From assembly GCA_964057225.1 (NCBI GenBank), contig OZ059899.1, positions 5,952,001 to 6,016,000 of the forward strand: 64,000 nucleotides of DNA, given 5' to 3'. A program made the position numbers and the translations under genes. The notes below the pieces were generated by a model. The model worked only from the letters and a program-made list of their open reading frames with translations, did no database searches and was not told where the DNA came from. This stretch comes from Auanema rhodensis (Eukaryota; Animalia; Nematoda). Every line of letters begins with the position of its first letter. The stretch's first letter is position 1. Below, in pieces: positions 28,101 to 40,444 of the stretch.

Positions 28101-29064
28101 AGTGGCCATACACAGTGTCAAGCTCTGGAATACTGAATACTTTTTGTGCAAAAACTCTCCAAACATTATTCTTACATTGTGGCAGTAGAAGTAAATTTGT
28201 TAAGAGGCCACACTCTCAAACTTCGATCATCAGAAATAGAAAATAACATATTCTCAACAACATGTAAGCCAAAAATCATTCCCTTAAAATCAGAATTGGT
28301 TCTAATGATAGAATTAATAACACACTGTGTGCCCTAGCATTTTTTGCTTCAACTCCGGACCAGAAGCAGGCTCTGAGCAGAAAATCTCTCCAAAAACTGT
28401 CCCTGTTATAATACGCAGGCTACCCCAGGTGTCCCCAAGAATCAATCCATGAAGCCTAGATGTTTGTATCAGATAAATAAAATGATTAAAATGTCTTACA
28501 TTAAAGCAATATGTTCAGACTGCACAGATAGCTCCTCTGTTAAAACTAATTTTCCTTGCGTTGTATTAAAGTTAAATAACACACAAAGATTCGACATAAA
28601 GAGGATTACTACCTACAACTATATATGTGTTGATATTTCGAAACGGTATCAAGATTTGAAAACCTGATTATTTGCAAGGACTTTCAAAGCGAGGATTGTA
28701 TCATGAAACTTCTTCACATATTGAATAGGTAAAACACCATCTTGTGCTTTCGACGAAACAAAGGCTACATACTTCTCGCCGTATACAAACAGCGCTAAAG
28801 ATAAAAATATTTTAGAAATATTTGAAAGTTTACTACAAAACCTTCACTTTTAGGACACGCTGCTATACCAAAAACGTGAGACCCTTCTTGGTCAAAGCAA
28901 CGCAGCCTGGCGTAAATCTTCCCGCCCTCTATCCATTCAATATTTGGCCCGTGTCCTAGAAACAGATGTCACTGCCTTAGCGTCCATGAAAGAAAGAACG
29001 AACCAGAAACAACTATTTCCGAATCAAGAGGGAATAGACATAGCCTTGGTAGTACCACTGTCAT
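25166..29064 (-). CDS. WDR6: WD40-repeat protein WDR6/Trm734-like (tRNA 2'-O-methyltransferase cofactor)
   Basis: Spliced motifs: VVSGHGPNI, LILGDTWGSLRIITGTVFGEIF, GHTGMIFGL..SISDDRSLRVW, YGHSARPF, FEQSSLPLIRGSP, H.SQIIAI..TSGVDCQV, ISLDCR, C-terminal TVGSGLEILELDVSC*. The layout matches the WDR6 family as I recall it. Confidence 0.8.
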
Positions 29065-29487
29065 CAACGGAAGTGTATTCTTCGTCTCTTAACAATAGAA
29101 TACGTATCATATATATATATATATATAAATTAACAATATCATTGGTAAAAATACGGCCATGAAAAAAACACTCTTACTGTACATCACTTCATTCGTAAAA
29201 TCTTTACCAGAAATGAACAAGACAAGAAAAATATATAACGATCAGTGCACATAGTAAAATGGAAATGTGTTAAATTAAGAAACATGAAGAAAACCAAAAA
29301 AAACTACACAAATCACAATTCACACAATGTATAAAAATGGAACCCCACATATGACGGTCAATATTCATGAAATCGTGGGCCCGACCTAATAGAATACATA
29401 ACCACAACCCGAGGTGGCGTCTAATTTGCCAAAACGAATAACAAAGAAATAGATTAATCGGTCGGGAGGTCGGGAGATCTTAAATAT

Positions 29488-32357
29488 TTAAAATTGTTGC
29501 TGTTGCTGCTGTTGTTGGGCTGCAGCAAACTGGCCAGTTTGTGGGAATTGTTGTTGTGGCTGACCAGTAGCATAGCCTGAAAGTAGAGATGGTTATGAAC
29601 AAGGCTTGATAAACGAATTAACCGTATCCGGCTGCTGGCTGGGCCGTTGGTCTAGCTTGATTTTGTTTCATCTGGTTTTCAATCATGCCGGCTTGTTCAT
29701 GCATGCCCATTGATCTATAAGTTAAAAAGTACAAATTGCATCTTTCTAAATTAGTTACCTGTAGTAAGCAGCCCATTGAGCACTATAATCCAGTTGACCT
29801 GTCTGTGGGTTGATAGAAGGTGCAGGAGCTTGGACTGGTTGAGCAGTAGCAGTCTGACCAGCAGGATTCACATAAGCTTGAGCAGATGGCTGCTGGTAGG
29901 CCTGAGCAGGGTATGATGCAGCTGGAGCGGCAGTTGGAGCACCACCATAATAAGCTTGAGCTCCTGGTTGAGCTCCCCATCCATTTGAAGCTTCAGGTTG
30001 AGCTGAAAAAATTCATTTTGAACAAGTTAGCTTTTTCATTAATACTTTGTTGTAATTGATTGTATTGAGCACCTCCAAATTGAGCAGGTCCTCCGTAGGT
30101 TCCATTACCTGTTTGTTGTCCACCAGCACCAGTGAATGGAGGAACTGGAGTTCCTGGAGCGAAATCTCCAACCTGAAATATTACGTAAAAACCAGCGATA
30201 TATTTTGAAATTGCACCTTTATTCGAATGATATGCTGAGCATGATGAATTTGGTAAGGTGTTCCCTTGATGATAAACACCTTTTCTTGAGCATTTGGAGG
30301 AGGATCACGAGAAAGTTCACAATGAGCACCACTTTCAGCATTAATCTGAACAGAATAACTCTTACGAGTCAGGTCAAGGATAGTTACCTGCTTGATTGTT
30401 TCTCCACCCTTTCCAATTACCAATCCAGTCTTATTAGCAGGTACATGCATATAGAACACTTCAGCGGCACCAGTGTTAGCACCAGCTCCGCCATTGCAAC
30501 TTTTAAGAACTAAGTCTGTGATTAATTCTGTGGCCTTGTAGATCTGCTCTCTTGTTCCCATAATAACAGCACAACGATCTGGGGAAGTAGGATCATCTAA
30601 AATCATTATGATTCATGATTCATTCAACACAAGCTAACCATCAGGCTTGAACTGAATCTTAGTTCCAGTCTCCATTGCAAGACGTTTAATTGTCTCACCG
30701 CCTTTGCCAATAATCATACCAACACTAGATCTAGGAACAACAACCTGAAATTGAAATCTCGTGAAACTGCTTTTAACTTTTAATAGCATACCTCTCCCTT
30801 GGCAGTAGGAGCATCACCGGTGTATTGAGCTCTAACAGTTCCACCGTTATCTTCACGAGAACTTAACAATTCATGAACTAGTCTCTTAGCGATTTCAACC
30901 TAAACTTCAACATGAGAGTTTGAGATAGAGGATGATCCAACCTTATCGGCATCTCCAGTAATCCTAAGAGGCTTATTTTGCCCAGTAACCTCTTGAGATT
31001 CTTGGATCATCACCATTTTGCATCCAGCTTGTTCCTGAGATCACAACTATTGTTTATTTTTCTTAAAAAGTGCTAGCACCTGTAACTGTTTGATAGTATC
31101 TCCATTCTTTCCGATAATAAGACCACACTTGGTAGCAGGAATGATCATTTCGTAAGTGATACTTGCACGACCATCACCTCCGTCATAACTTTGCATACCA
31201 CCAGTCGCTTGACGGTTACTGGCCCGAGCGATAACTTCATTAATTAACTGCTTGGCTCGCTCAACAGCCATCTTAATTTTTTCATAGATTAACTACAAGA
31301 TTCGATCTCTCTACCTTGTTTCCCTGAAGAGTACATTGCCTAATTCCTGAACCCGGTTCATTTTCTGGGCTCATCTGTACTTTACATTGTGATTGTGCTT
31401 GGATATTTTGGATTTCTGATCCTCCTCTACCAATAACTGAACATTCGACAATGAGGATGCCATACGGATTCTCAGAAACTCACCAAGACCTACGGTGTTG
31501 CCAGGAATATTAATCACCTCGACAATAGTTTCGTTGGGATTTCCTCCCATTTGCATATAGGCACCACCCATTTGAACCATCCCTGTACCGTCCATTCCCT
31601 CGACGTTTGCCCTTTTAGCAGGGAGTTCTGAAATAAAATTAGTAAGAAAACATCAACAAGAATAAGAAACCCCCTTATTGTGAAATGAAACACACGTAAA
31701 AAAAAACAAATGAAAACATTTCAAAAAAAATATTTCAATACACGAAACAATGGCAAACCAGAAAAAATTAACAAATGATGAAACTTGAATACGCACGATC
31801 AATATCGTCCTCTAGTGTTCGCTTGAGTGAAGTATGAGTATCGACAGCGGCGAGCTAAACATATGGTAAACGGTTAAATTCGATTTATCAATATAGAAAA
31901 ATTATATAATTACAACCCAGCATTAAATTCTATTTATAAACACTAACATCAAAATGAACCAGAATGACTTATACCATACCGAATTGCGTGAAAAAAAAAA
32001 TATAGCATATACTGTATTGAACCACTTTATTAAATTTTAAAATCGAAAGACGCAAAGAATATATTATGCAATATTTCATATAATAAAAAAATATCAGTAT
32101 GCACATTATGCAACACCACTATATATTGAACAAAATGCAGCAAAAAGCATATGCAATTCAAATACGATATCAATATTACTCATTAGGTTTAATCAAATTG
32201 AACAAAATAAAAATGTATGCACAGACATAAGTACTGCATATTATACTGTAAACTAAACCCCAATATATGAAATTTAAAGCTATCCTACCTCTATCCTATC
32301 TTTTGCGCGTTGCAGGGCGTCTTGAACTGCGTCTGTAGTGATTATGCCTCCAGACAT
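29488..32357 (-). CDS. fubl-1: Far-upstream-element-binding/KSRP/PSI family RNA-binding protein (4 KH domains plus DYS-type C-terminal motif)
   Basis: N-terminal DALQRAK helix and LKRTLED. Four KH GxxG loops: VIGRGGSEI, IIGKNGDTI, IIGKGGETI, VIGKGGETI. C-terminal PDYSAQWAAYYRSMGMHEQAGMIE motif and a Gln-rich tail. Confidence 0.92.
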
Positions 32358-32425
32358 ACTACGAAAACGGCCATAGGCTGTAAAAACGGATAGTTCGGAC
32401 GCCTCCGGACGGAAAAATGAAACCG

Positions 32426-32567
32426 CGCGCGTAGCAGAACGCGGGTCTTGAACTGCCCATTCCAATGCCAGGTCTTAGCGCGAAAAGGCGTTTGGCGCGA
32501 TGCCAACATTTGTATTTCTGGCGTTCCCGCTTGCGTAATGAATGTTCGCACGTGTAATTGTTTGAAA
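32426..32567. promoter_or_regulatory. GC-rich promoter of the FUBP-like gene with E2F/DREAM-type sites
   Basis: CGCGCGTAGCAG (32426-32437), GCGCGAAAA (32478-32486), TTTGGCGCG (32491-32499), TTCCCGC (about 32524) and TTTGAAA (32561), all within about 200 bp upstream of the ATG at 32357. Confidence 0.55.
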
Positions 32568-32732
32568 ACTTAATATAGGGTTCATGTGGTCGTGGGAAGT
32601 TTATTCAATCAATAATTATTCATTTTCGAATGTTCCAAAGTACAAGGTAAATATGAAATCATTGGGAATATCACACTTAACAATTTCACAATTTGAGCCG
32701 TAGAAAAGGAGCGGTAGTACGGAAGTCTTTAA

Positions 32733-34935
32733 TCATGTTTTCATTTCCAAGAGACGTCTCTCTGGCGTCATATTGTCCATAACTGCACAGAGATAGAAGA
32801 GATAAACTGTCGGTGATGAAATAAACAACAAAAAGATCAGTAGCAAGCCGTAGTCCATTCTTCGAGAAACCTAAAAATTTGGTCATTCGTCTATCACTAT
32901 TGCTTTCTTACTTCACCCCATTGTTTCGACAAAAGATGACGCGCCTGTCGTGTTGTCGTCTGTAAGTGTTATATACGGACCAAAAATTAATTGATACTCA
33001 CTACTGTGTTTGCCTGCTGTGCTCTATCCCAGCGTTGCCTTCGTATAAGAAGAAGTGATGTCATCCATCTTGGTGGACTTTTGTCGTGTGTGTAGCCCTG
33101 ATCTAACAGTTTCAAAATATTTGGGAAGAAAAATTTACCTTGATATCTACACTCATTACGGACGATGTTAGAATAGTGGCTATTGTAACAATTACCATGT
33201 TGAAATGAAAATAGGTTACTGAATAATAATAACTATATTTCTTGATATATGGTATCTTTACCAAGCAAAGGTACCTCTTCGGAACTATGAGGTACTTTTT
33301 CTGTTACAACCACTGATAAAACTGCCATACTAAGTATAGATGTCACCCCTAAGGTAAATCTTTCCTAAAAAATCTTCTCATTAATCCTTTTTTCGATTTT
33401 TGGAAACTGGTATGACATTCATTGAAGCACTTGTAAGGAACAGTTGCTTCATGCACCAATTGAGAATTATCTCACCTGACGTTCGTGTCGAGTAGAGAAG
33501 CGCGCGAATAAGCCCGATACAGACAACATGCATATTATATAAGTCGGCAAAACGAGTGATACTAGGTAGTAAAATGGTTTTCTACTGACGGAGACCAGAT
33601 AGCAAGCCTCGCTAACGATGGTTCCTTCGTGCTCATAATGTCTTGATGATATATTAACACTCTAAAATTTGTATTTGTCGATGTATTCCGAAGCTATGTT
33701 AAGTACAGTTTTATTTTCAAAACTTTTAATTAGGCTTTCATTCCTATTCAAGTAGACCATTAATTTTTAATCTAACTTGAAATCATAAGAGTGCAATTGG
33801 GAACAATTCAGTATAGAATTGATTCTGAGCTTCAGATAGTCGTTTGTGTTGATAGTTATCGTTTAGTCTATCAATGCATTAACGATGTCGTTAGCTGTTT
33901 CGAAAGTGTAAACCTGAAGCCGTTAAAAGGGGGAGGACATAAGAAAAACGTCACTCAAATCGTCATGATTAATACCACACTTATAAGTTAAAACCAGAGA
34001 AGTATTTCCGGATGTTGTTAAACTAAACCTGTAAAGCCCATTCTTCGTTGGGCGAATAATGTGTTAGATATGGTTTACGAGTGGCATTTATGTAAAGCTT
34101 CCCTTCAGGATATCCCCAAGAGGCGATCTGAAAATTAAGAAACATTATAAGAAAATTCATAATACTTACTCGTAAACGACATGTCTGATCATCAAATGGA
34201 AATTTAGCTACTCCTGAAATATATCTATTCTTACAACTTCGATATTGTTTAGTATTACCAATTGTACACATCACAGAATATATTGCTGGATACGAATACC
34301 AGACGCGTCCTGTATGATATACTTTAATAGGTGATCGAACGCTATGTAGTAGATCCTGATGGTCCAGCCTAGAAGTAATGAAATCGGTTTGTTTTAATTC
34401 AGTACCTGTTGTACATACATGTTGAAAACAAGAATATCCGGAACCCATATAGAATCTTCAGGTAACCAAGTGATATTAACTCCTGAGAAACTTGCTGGAT
34501 CCCAGCTTAGTGAAGGGTCAGTCCATTCCTAAAGAAATTGCAGAAAAATAAATTTCAAATGCATTACTTTAATGAAGTCGAACCTCAACAAGGTATACTA
34601 AAACACGCATCGATTGTTTTAATTCATCAATGTTCAAGATATGGACAAGCTCCATTTCATGTGTAACTGTTACGGCGCCATCTGGCGGAGCATGCCTTTA
34701 AAAATAACAAAATTAATATTTTTTTAAATTGGCTATCTAGTGTATTATTATATATTCCTGTAAGATAAACTCACTTATCATGCTGTGCTAACAGATGTCT
34801 TGTCAGACGATTTAAAGCTCCTGTAATGGCCGTCTTCATTATGAAAATAGAGTTTAAACGCTTACCTTGATAAGAGTTTACATATTGAAGGGTTAGAAGT
34901 GGTAAAAGAATAAACAAACTTGATAGGTTGAACAT
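32733..34935 (-). CDS. pbo-6: Cys-loop ligand-gated ion channel, non-alpha, proton-gated PBO-5/PBO-6 family
   Basis: Signal peptide, then RLTRHLLAQHDKHAPPDG, ELVHILNIDEL, WLPEDSIWVPDI, VRSPIKV, Cys-loop CTIGVAKFPFDDQTC, YSPNEEWALQ, YEHEGT (no vicinal Cys), GLFARFSTRHERQERFTLGVTSILSMAVLSVVVTEKVPHSS. Closest to my recollection of C. elegans PBO-6. Confidence 0.85.
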
Positions 34936-37354
34936 AATTAAAGTAAGTTTTGAAATTAGAATATAAATAATAACTTTTTATAAGAAGTACATGTAGAATC
35001 TACCTATAATTCACCAAATTTGTATGTTCTAAAGTAGTATAACAGATAAAAAAATAACGTGAAAGACAAAGAAAAGTAACAAAATAGTAAGAATGTGTTG
35101 TTTATAGCAATTCTCTAGAATAAAATGTCGAGGATATAGAGAAAAGAGATTAGATTGAACATTAATAAATAAAATAAAATGAAACTTGAAGAAAAAAAAC
35201 AATAGTTAAAATTATCTATATCCTCTTCATTGTAACTTGTATAAAGTTTAGACTACTATTATTTTTCGGTTAAAACGTTTTTAGAATGTTGTTACTAGTC
35301 GAACATTTAACATTAGATTAGGAAACCTGCTTGACTTGTCTAAAATAAAATTTTTCACTTCAACAAACAAACAAATGATATCACATCGAGGCTCAATGAG
35401 AAATCAGAAGATTAACTTCTAACAAGCAGAATAACGGACTAAACTCAAAATTTGGCTAGAGAAAATGATATGTGCAATAGACGAAAAGAAGAAAAGGTAA
35501 AGCAGACACTACTTATAAATTAGAGAGATTAAGAAAGATAGAAGAATAAGAGATGTATCCAATACTGATAATGTGCTAGAGAAATCTTGGGTAAAAGAAG
35601 AGGGGAAAGAGAGGACCAGAGCTGGAGCAATGGGCGTCAAACCACTCACAATAGATTAATGGATTCACATAATCACTTTATTCTCCTTCCAATGTCCAAT
35701 TGTCGTTCCTTTAGCCCATTCAGAAAGAAAGAGAAAGACAGCAAGTGAAACATGAGTTTCTTCTGACTTTTCCCTACTTTTTCAACCTTACAATTTAAAT
35801 TCTTCCCTGCAACCTCATTCAGTCCTATTCTTTACTTCAACTGCAACGTTCAACCCCTTTAAGTTAATTTTTTGTCGATAATTCACTAAAAACATCAGTT
35901 GAACACAGAATTATTTCTCAACAAAAAGCTAAAACATTTAGTTGTTTAAAGAATTTTTCGAGTTCAAGATATAGGACATTACGTAACAGAAATGTGAGAA
36001 GCATGGACATAAAAACAGAAACCTTCTGATAAGTGTGAAAGAAAAATACTGGACTATTAAATGATCTGCTTCCTCTTGCACAGAAAAACGTAAGTGGAAA
36101 TGCTGAGCACAAGTTCAACAAAGTAATTTCAAAATGAGTTGAAAAGAAAAGATCCATTTTCGTGGTTTATAGGCCCAAGTCATTACCAAGACGGATCTCT
36201 TTTGGCTTAACTGCACATATTTTATTTTTGGATGAATTATAATTCCATAGGACTGAATTCCTTTTAGTACAAATTTTCGAATGATATATAGATCATATAG
36301 GTGATCTAGCATTCCGGAATGAAAGTCAAATGGACTTTGTATGCTGGCTGATGCAATTGAACAAGTTCAATGGGTTTTTTTTACCCACACTATAAACTCG
36401 AGGATAAATTAAATCTTATTAACTTTAGTTATTTGGTGAATGAGTTCAACAATTGATCAGTTTTATATATACACTATAATATGAAAAAAGTACTATTGAA
36501 AGAATAAAAAGATTTTAATGCTTCATGATATAGACGCATTTTTTTGTCTCATATTTTGATTAATTTTTTATGTTTTCTTTTTGTTTTTTTTTCTTTCATT
36601 GTAATATTGCTAACTTATTATATATTATTTTCTTGTTAACTCATATTGTTTACATCCTAATTACTATTTTAATACATGTTTTTCTCTCATATCTTTTTAA
36701 AATCTTCCCGTATAATGATAAATTGTAAATTAATTGCTGAAAACATGTCAATCTATTATATAAGCTCATGATTTAAAAAAAAAAAACTTTACATTTATAT
36801 AAATCAACTTAATTATGGCTTAGTCTTTAAATCGAAATAAATATTTATTTTTTCATGCTTTATTTGTTGAAGCGGTTGCATTTTTGAATTGAGGATTCAG
36901 AGGTATCATTCATTATATTCTTTTTCTTTATTATAAATTTTTTTAAACAAAAGTATGCAATTCCCAAATATGAAATCTTATTATACGTTTTGTTCTCTAT
37001 TATAAATTTGTGTATTTTAACACAGCTGAGCATATCTTGCTTGAATCTTCCGTACAAATGTGATTGAATAATAATAGCATCAAATAATATTTATTATATA
37101 TATTTCTTGAATAAGAAATGAAATTGTGTTAACTTCAATGTACACGTTGCATTGCACCAAAAGATTACATAATTAAAGATAGGAAATTCATAAGATTCTT
37201 ATGATTTTGTATGTCAGGTTATAGTCGGCATCTATACATAAATTATACGTTATCTTACTAAAATATAGAAATGATAGTTGAAAGATCTAAGAGTAAGAGC
37301 ATTCGTGAGAGATAGAGATGTGGGAGAGAGGCGAGAGAAATACATTTTGATCTA

Positions 37355-40300
37355 CTATGAGTTTTGATTTTCATCTTTTGCTGAGCCATCTTTGCTAGGA
37401 AAAACGTCACGTACAAATGCTGGCAGAGGAAAACGTCGTGGGTGATTTTGCTTAAAAATAAAAATAAATTTCTTTTTCTGTTTCTTTCTTTTGTTTTCTG
37501 TTTCTTTTTCAATTATTTGTACATACCTTTTTGCATACAAGATATAAAACTGTTCCTGTAAGAGTTAGTAAGCATAGTAAAGCTACGATGGTGAAGATGA
37601 TGACACATACACGGAATGAGAGAAACATATCTCCTGCTGACTGAAAAGGTATTAAATAAAATATACGTTAGAGCTTAGAACTTTAATAGTTCAGGTATTC
37701 AAACATGTCACATATAGCTTTGATTTATAGCTTAACAGAAGATCAAATCCAAAACCTTTGGAAATGTTTGCGGTATGCACTATTAAACAAACATTTTATG
37801 TGTATGAATCTCAACATTTTAATGTTAATTATTGTAAAATATTTAAAATATCGTAAAAATTAAAAGAAGTTAGGAATTGAACCAATTTAAAAATTTAATA
37901 ATTTTTCAATCATAAGAATTTTTTTCCCCTCAGAAACCGAACCTTACTCTCATTGCAGTGAACAAATAAAAAAAACGTTTAGTCATTGAGTTTGCATTAA
38001 GTGCGGAAAGTTTTTTCTAAAATAAAAGAAGACGAACCACATCAAAGATATCAACCATCTTAAAAACGTGTGAAAGAAATCAGTGGAAGCTCAATGATAT
38101 TGGTAGAATAGCGGAACTGACATAGAAACCGCTTGTAGGAGGATCTTTCTTTCCTGTTTTCATGATTTTTCATCTCTCTAACTCAATCATTTCTATTTAT
38201 TCAACTGTCTTGCATACAAAAAAAAATAGTTTTCATGCTTATAAAAGCATACCTAAAATCTCTATTTGGGATAACTAGTATTCATGAGATATGGTATTGT
38301 AAGGACATGTTCTATGTTGTTCTAAACTACTTATAAATCCATTATATTTCAAATGGTATATTTGAAAATATGACCGAAATATGAAATAATTGTATAGCTG
38401 TAATCGTTCTAACGACTCCGAGATTCGAGATTGTGAGCTTTTTGGATGGGTAACTGGAAGTTCTATGCAAATATTTTCTAGACCTTCTTTAGGGCTTTTA
38501 GAATTTTTGAACAAAAATACCATTTAAAGCAAATAGAAATGACTTACTCTAGCAGCATACTGTATATCTTCCATACCACATGCTTTGAAGCAGGTGTTTC
38601 CAAAAAGTCCTGACATCATGGAAGGACCTGAGGACGAAGATGAAGCTGTTCCGGTACTTGAGTCACCGTCAAGTAAAGGTTGATCTGAAAGAGCATTGAA
38701 ATTAATCTGTTAACTTTGGGAACTGAAATCGATTAAAGTACAAATAAAAGTTTTTTTCAATACAGCGAGAAAAATGAAAAGAAGCTGAGAATCTTATACT
38801 ATAAGAATATGAGTAAGAAAACGTTGTCCACCTAAGGGCTATTGTTGCCAAGATACGAAGTTAGAACGGAAGTACAACAAAGCTACATAAGGTCCAGAAG
38901 GATATGCATGGCTAAATGGTCAAGTGAAAGCATTTATAATAGAAAGCAGTAAAGGAAATAGTTTAGAACTAAAGAACATGTAGATATTCTTGGATATTAA
39001 GATGAATGAGAATTGGATGACCAACGTGCAAGTGTGCGTATTGGGGAAGATGAGCGTATCCTCGCCAGTCAATTATAAATATATGAATGAAAACTAGATC
39101 ACATTGGGACGTTGTATCGTTCGCTAGTAATGTTCAAAAACTCCGTAGATAAGTGGGCGGATAAAACTGCTTCATAATGTAGTCATAAAAAGGTTTGGGC
39201 CATGAAAAGGGTATAAAGTGTGTAAGCGCCTTCATTTACAAATTTTAAAACTCAAAAAACTAAAAACAGTGTTTCAACTAAGAAAATCATAGAGCTGATA
39301 TATATAATGATATTAGAAAGATATCGAATAATATGGTTTAATTTTAAAGTTGAGCTAGTGATTTTATATATATATATATATATAAGTGTAAATAAATTGA
39401 TGTGCAACTTATTTGAGTGTTAGGAAAAGAAAACAAACAATGAATCCCTCGAATTGAAAAGACGAATAACATAAGAGATGATGAATGACTAAGACGAAAA
39501 ACGAGAGAAAATGAATGAGGAGTGCAAGAGAAGATTAAGATTTAACAGAAAAGGATAGAAAAAACTGTATGTTTGAATAAAATTCACACACACACAAAAA
39601 TATTTCGATAATTGACGATCAAGGATTTTATATTTTACGCAACTTTCACCCCAAATTAACTTTTGTTCAAAACAGTTGACATCGCAGTTTTTATTTTATA
39701 TTTTCAAAATAGAAGAGACCTCATTGTACTGAATAATCAGTTTCCGGGTAGGATTTGACAAATAAACATCAGCTAGTTTAGACAGAGGCGGCCATGCATG
39801 AAAACTTCAAGCAGGTCAAAGAATGTCAAAACAGGAGACTATATGCTGAGGAATCTCTCCCCCATCCCTTTACTTTAACCGTATGATATGTAGACAATTA
39901 AACGTTAGCCCCTCTAGGATTGATTGTGAGGATTGACATGAAAAGGAAATTTTTCAAGAAAGCCATCACTTCGGGTGTCAATGAAACTGACAATTCAATA
40001 AACAAGAAGTGAAATGAACATAAGTTGATAGAAAAAGCAACAGAAAATCAGAGGAAAAAGATATGTCTGAGCACACTTAGGTCAGAGTGATGTTGTAGCA
40101 GTGTCCGTATATAGACAGACGTGAAAATGGAAGCAGGAACTTTAGTTCGCGATGAAGGAAAAGTAAACTGTCCAAAGGAGGAAAGTGAGAAGGTTGTGAG
40201 AACAGAGATGAAATATCCTTCAGATGATATCAAGGTATTGTTACTTTGATTTGTTTACACTGGCAATGACCGCAACAGAGTCTAACATAAAGAACAGCAG

Positions 40301-40444
40301 CAGAAATGTTATTCGCAGAATTCATCTTCCGATGTGCTTACCTTGACCAAGTCCAGCTCCCATGATATTTGAAATCCCACTAATTGTTCGAGAGACATCA
40401 CTGAAGAGCTGAGGCAAATCGACCTCACGTTGATGGTTCGACAT
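37355..40444 (-). CDS. Orphan 4-exon single-pass membrane protein (about 150 aa; 5' end may extend further)
   Basis: Phase-compatible exons: MSNHQREVDLPQLFSDVSRTISGISNIMGAGLGQ|DQPLLDGDSSTGTASSSSSGPSMMSGLFGNTCFKACGMEDIQYAAR|SAGDMFLSFRVCVIIFTIVALLCLLTLTGTVLYLVCKK|QNHPRRFPLPAFVRDVFPSKDGSAKDENQNS*. Donors (gtaagc, gtaagt, gtatgt) and acceptors (tttcag) are strong. Confidence 0.7.
39365..39383. repeat. (TA)n microsatellite
   Basis: Uninterrupted tata run. Similar short runs occur near 29109-29127 and 60455-60477. Confidence 0.8.

Noticed and set aside
34128-34258. Stop-free, multiple-of-three introns (pbo-6, also tbb-4, FUBP KH4 and ppk-3) as regulated retention
   Set aside because: With well over a hundred ~45-nt introns in the window, several stop-free 3n introns are expected by chance.
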